IMG/VR virus record: IMGVR_UViG_3300044712_001255
Span: 248,001-312,000 of that record
Strand: one strand, 5' to 3'
DNA: 64,000 bases
The notes under the pieces were generated by a model. That model worked only from the letters and a program-made list of their open reading frames with translations, searched no databases and had not been told where the DNA came from. How positions within the stretch are numbered: position 1 is the stretch's first letter; every line of letters starts with the position of its first letter. The translations under genes and the position numbers were made by a program. Below are positions 62,801 to 64,000 of this stretch, piece after piece.

Positions 62801-63724
62801 TTAGCATTGTGTAATGCTATCCGGCAATAATGCTTTGATACGTAACAATTCGTAAATATCGGTCTTTAATATTTCAACGTCAGTAATACGTGTGAGATGC
62901 AACGTTGATTGTTGCGTAAACCAAATATCTTGTTCACGGTCTCGCAACCACTTTTTATAGATCGCCTTGTCAACACAAGAAATAGATGTCTTTATTGATG
63001 TTATGTCTCTGTTGAGGCCATGCCAATACACACCGTCTACTTGGACGTATGTGTTGAGTGGTACAATCAATATGTCCATTGACCACCCATTCAACATGGT
63101 GTGAATTAATATATTTGTGTTCCCCCATACATCAATTAATGCATTACGTAACTGAACTTCTGGACGTGATTCCAGCAGTTTACCTGTTTTTCTCTTTGTT
63201 TCATATGCTTTCAAAAATCGTTCACGTCTATTGAACTTTACGAATCTTGAGTTAGCTGCACAGTGACACCCAAAACGTTCGTAGATTGCAACTTGTGCTT
63301 TATTTTGTACGTCTTTACGCGTGAATGGAGAAACAAATGATCTACAATGAATATTGTGAATGTGACCGTATCGTATAAGATTTGTTTTAGATACTTTTTC
63401 ACGCACAGCGCTCGCTTGCATTGCGTGCTTAACGCCAAATCGCATCCATAGTGTGGATGCGATTTTTTCGTTCAATTTTGATCCAAAAGAACCTACGTAA
63501 CCATATCGTTCTTGCATTGTCGATTGATGTCGCAACGCAGTCAACAGACGATGAAATTCTTCTACTGGCACACTATCATGACATTTTTCTAAGCAAGATA
63601 TCGAACAATAGTGGTATTTGTGATTGTTTTTCTTTCCTCTTACAATCTCAGATGAACAACAATCACAAACATAGACATATCTTGCATTTTTTCCTTCATG
63701 TCTTCTACATAGAAACAATTTCAC
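62801..63724 (-). CDS. free-standing Vsr/DUF559-like endonuclease
   Basis: SRPEVQL, SMDI, VQVDGVYWHG; N-terminal CDCC..YCSISC. Confidence 0.6.
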   Translation of the reverse strand: MKLFLCRRHEGKNARYVYVCDCCSSEIVRGKKNNHKYHYCSISCLEKCHDSVPVEEFHRLLTALRHQSTMQERYGYVGSFGSKLNEKIASTLWMRFGVKHAMQASAVREKVSKTNLIRYGHIHNIHCRSFVSPFTRKDVQNKAQVAIYERFGCHCAANSRFVKFNRRERFLKAYETKRKTGKLLESRPEVQLRNALIDVWGNTNILIHTMLNGWSMDILIVPLNTYVQVDGVYWHGLNRDITSIKTSISCVDKAIYKKWLRDREQDIWFTQQSTLHLTRITDVEILKTDIYELLRIKALLPDSITQC

Positions 63725-64000
63725 ACCTTTCTAAACACAGAGTCACAGTGCTCGGTGCCAAAAAAATCGCACCATTGACATGACATTCTGTTTTTTAGAG
63801 CTACATTTCTTTCCATACTTGTCAACATATTTCTCACAAGCTGCGTTGACTTTTGAATTGTCGTTTCTCCGACTGACACTGGAAATAACTCACAATGATT
63901 CCCAGGCTTTGCAGATCTTTTCAAAATGACAAATCCACAACGAACGTCCTTGATGGGCGTAGACGTCTTTCTTGTCCAGAAATCCTTGTACAAAATCAAC
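63721..64000 (-). CDS. C-terminal part of PD-(D/E)xK (Cas4/RecB-like) nuclease, partial
   Basis: C-terminal CQWCDFFGTEHC cluster; start outside window. Confidence 0.5.
   Translation of the reverse strand, partial: LILYKDFWTRKTSTPIKDVRCGFVILKRSAKPGNHCELFPVSVGETTIQKSTQLVRNMLTSMERNVALKNRMSCQWCDFFGTEHCDSVFRKV

Noticed and set aside
1-64000. Stop-codon reassignment
   Set aside because: Long genes read through in code 11 with TAA, TAG and TGA all used as stops; no convincing suppressor tRNA (the AATTAA loop at 11480 is 6 nt and lacks U33)
1-64000. Prophage or cellular chromosome
   Set aside because: No integrase, att repeats, rRNA or housekeeping operons; content and density are those of a large lytic phage
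63721-64000. CRISPR-associated cas4
   Set aside because: Only a C-terminal fragment; solo Cas4-like nucleases are common in phages and no cas neighbours are seen

Overview
This window is part of a large tailed (jumbo/huge) bacteriophage genome of T4-like myovirus type; no rRNA, core cellular operon, integrase or CRISPR array is visible. 1-9.6 kb: short accessory genes (two kinase-fold proteins, permuted papain-like amidase, receiver-like protein, SMR-type transporter, bL12-like domain, HNH). 9.7-13.6 kb, 23.4-29.5 kb and 32.4-35.3 kb: about 47 tRNA genes read by eye, covering all 20 amino acids and mostly without encoded CCA, mixed with many non-tRNA structured RNAs and HNH genes. 15-23 kb: sigma70-family factor lacking region 4.2, ATP-dependent DNA ligase, metallopeptidase-vWA protein. 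28-38 kb: SLOG+NADAR pair, radical SAM gene with two paralogous partners, Pth2, RyR-domain proteins, HAD phosphatase and Rnl1-like RNA ligase. 38-64 kb (minus strand): tail fibre, baseplate/virion genes, gp55-like sigma, two GT4 glycosyltransferases, nucleases. The strongest candidate for an undescribed system is the RNA layer inside the tRNA clusters: (i) two circularly permuted tRNA-shaped genes (3' half before 5' half) whose linkers share a conserved motif, (ii) a tandem array of tRNA mimics mounted on an AGUA/GAA helix with covarying stems (Y-RNA-like), (iii) a tRNA with a 182-nt structured insert replacing the anticodon loop, (iv) anticodon-dead and C33 tRNAs, with (v) a leader-peptide attenuator in front of the first cluster. 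Also notable: an apparently split sigma factor with a matching GTGTAV-17-TANNNT promoter class. All structure calls are manual base-pairing; no covariance model, folding or database search was run.
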